64,000 bases of DNA from Chloroflexota bacterium (GTDB taxonomy: Bacteria > Chloroflexota > Anaerolineae > UBA4142), in contig JBBITT010000017.1 in the NCBI GenBank assembly GCA_037440625.1, positions 1,767 to 65,766 on the forward strand, given 5' to 3'. Positions 62,945 through 64,000 of the stretch are shown one piece after another; the first letter of the stretch is position 1; every line of letters begins with the position of its first letter. The notes under the pieces were generated by a model. That model was not told the origin of the DNA, did not search any database, and worked only from the letters and a program-made list of their open reading frames with translations. The translations under genes and the position numbers were made by a program.

Positions 62945-63979
62945 TCAACTTTTGTACAACGTCTCACTCATTTCGCGCAGACGCGCGGCGGCCGTTTCCG
63001 GCGTAATGTCACGCTGCGGTTCGGCGAGCATCTCATAGCCCACCATAAATTTACGGATGGTGGCACTGCGCAAGAGTGGTGGATAGTAATGCGCGTGCAG
63101 ATGCATTGCCGGATGCGCCGTGCCATCGGTCGGCGATTGGTGAAACCCCATCGAGTACGGAAACGAGATGCGAAAGAGATTATCATAGCGCGTGGTCAAG
63201 CGTTTGATGATGTCGGCGAGGGCGGCGCATTCCGCATCATTCAGATCGGTGAGCGAGCCAAGATGCCGCCGCGCGAGGAGCATCGTTTCAAAGGGCCAGA
63301 TCGCCCAGAAAGGCACAATGACAACAAAGTGATCGTTCTGCACGACGATGCGTTCGGCGCGCGCCAATTCGATCGCCAAGTAATCGCAGAGCAAGCACGT
63401 GCGATGCGAGTGCCAATAATCGGATTGCGCGTGCAATTCTTTGGCGGGTTCGGTGGGAAGGTGTTCGGTTGCCCAAACCTGACAATGCGGATGTGGATTG
63501 CTCGCCCCCATCAACGCTCCTTTGTTTTCAAACACTTGGACGTAACTCACAAAATCGAGCGCGCCCAATTCCCGAGTTTGTTCACGCCACACCTCTATCA
63601 CGCGGCGAATATCAGCGAGCGGCATATCGGGTAGCGTCCAATCGTGACGCGGTGAAAAACAGACCACGCGACAGATGCCGCGTTCGGATGCTGCGTGGAG
63701 CAGCGCATCGTCTTGCGGCAAGGGGGCAGAGAACGCCGGCACGAGCGCGGCAAAATCGTTTTCAAAAACAAACGTGGAATCGTACACAGGGTTGCGTTTG
63801 CCGCCGGCGCGTGTGTTGCCGGGACAGAGATAACATTGTGGATCGTACTGTGGCAACGATTCTGCCGGCGGCGCTTCGATTTGCCCCAGCCAAGGTCGTT
63901 GGGTGCGCTGCGGCGACACCAAGACCCATTCATCGGTCAACGGATTGTAGCGACGATGCGGTTGCGTCAAAAGATTCAT
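62945..63979 (-). CDS. galT: Galactose-1-phosphate uridylyltransferase
   Basis: [32 protein letters not shown] (HPH active site). Confidence 0.9.
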   Translation of the reverse strand: MNLLTQPHRRYNPLTDEWVLVSPQRTQRPWLGQIEAPPAESLPQYDPQCYLCPGNTRAGGKRNPVYDSTFVFENDFAALVPAFSAPLPQDDALLHAASERGICRVVCFSPRHDWTLPDMPLADIRRVIEVWREQTRELGALDFVSYVQVFENKGALMGASNPHPHCQVWATEHLPTEPAKELHAQSDYWHSHRTCLLCDYLAIELARAERIVVQNDHFVVIVPFWAIWPFETMLLARRHLGSLTDLNDAECAALADIIKRLTTRYDNLFRISFPYSMGFHQSPTDGTAHPAMHLHAHYYPPLLRSATIRKFMVGYEMLAEPQRDITPETAAARLREMSETLYKS

Positions 63980-64000
63980 TGGATCAGTTGCTCCGCCAGG

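Noticed and set aside
62921-62947. The hairpin gagggca...tgccctc between panE and galT as a bidirectional terminator.
   Set aside because: The stem is only 7 bp, it overlaps the galT stop codon, and there is no U tract. The evidence is too weak to call.

Overview
GC-rich bacterial chromosomal segment with almost no non-coding space. Lipoproteins carrying long Pro/Thr/Ala tethers, several GT39-type enzymes and many GTG/TTG starts suggest a monoderm Chloroflexota-like organism, but this is inference only.

Layout:
- 1-7 kb: housekeeping and sensing genes. These are a truncated CbiO-type ABC ATPase, rplS, tRNA-Leu(CAG), a tandem cupredoxin lipoprotein, a NarL-type two-component pair, a Mo-oxidoreductase and udk.
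- 7-28.6 kb: a Wzx/Wzy-type surface-glycan locus. It holds a flippase, 3 GT2, 5 GT4, a methyltransferase, a WbpB-like oxidoreductase, an anchored surface protein, a giant Wzy-TPR protein, a WecA-like initiating transferase, a nucleotide-sugar dehydrogenase and gmk.
- 28.7-39.7 kb (minus strand): a cellobiose/cellodextrin locus. It holds LacI, an ABC importer, a GH-A lipoprotein, a GH94 phosphorylase, an unknown gene and a GH1 beta-glucosidase.
- 39.8-48 kb: icd, cell-wall enzymes (LysM-YkuD, LysM-M23), a DUF1028/DUF422/adenosine-kinase-like operon and rel.
- 48.1-60.8 kb: an eight-gene operon dominated by polytopic GT-C/Wzy-type enzymes.
- 60.9-64 kb: ferritin, a DinB-like protein, panE and galT.

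Most notable observations:
- A full-length LAGLIDADG intein sits exactly at the catalytic Cys motif of the glycan-locus dehydrogenase.
- Heptanucleotide tandem and inverted arrays are embedded in frame inside the GT-C genes. One is a 12-unit GACTACC tract whose slippage would truncate the enzyme.
- A consensus promoter is flanked by two perfect TGGGAGCGCTCCCA operators in front of lacI.
- Several families of small dispersed hairpin repeats occur. One of them extends a GT4 ORF by about 49 codons.
- An orphan protein with an NTase-type GS...DxD motif closes the GT-C operon.

No CRISPR array, rRNA, transposase or prophage genes were seen.
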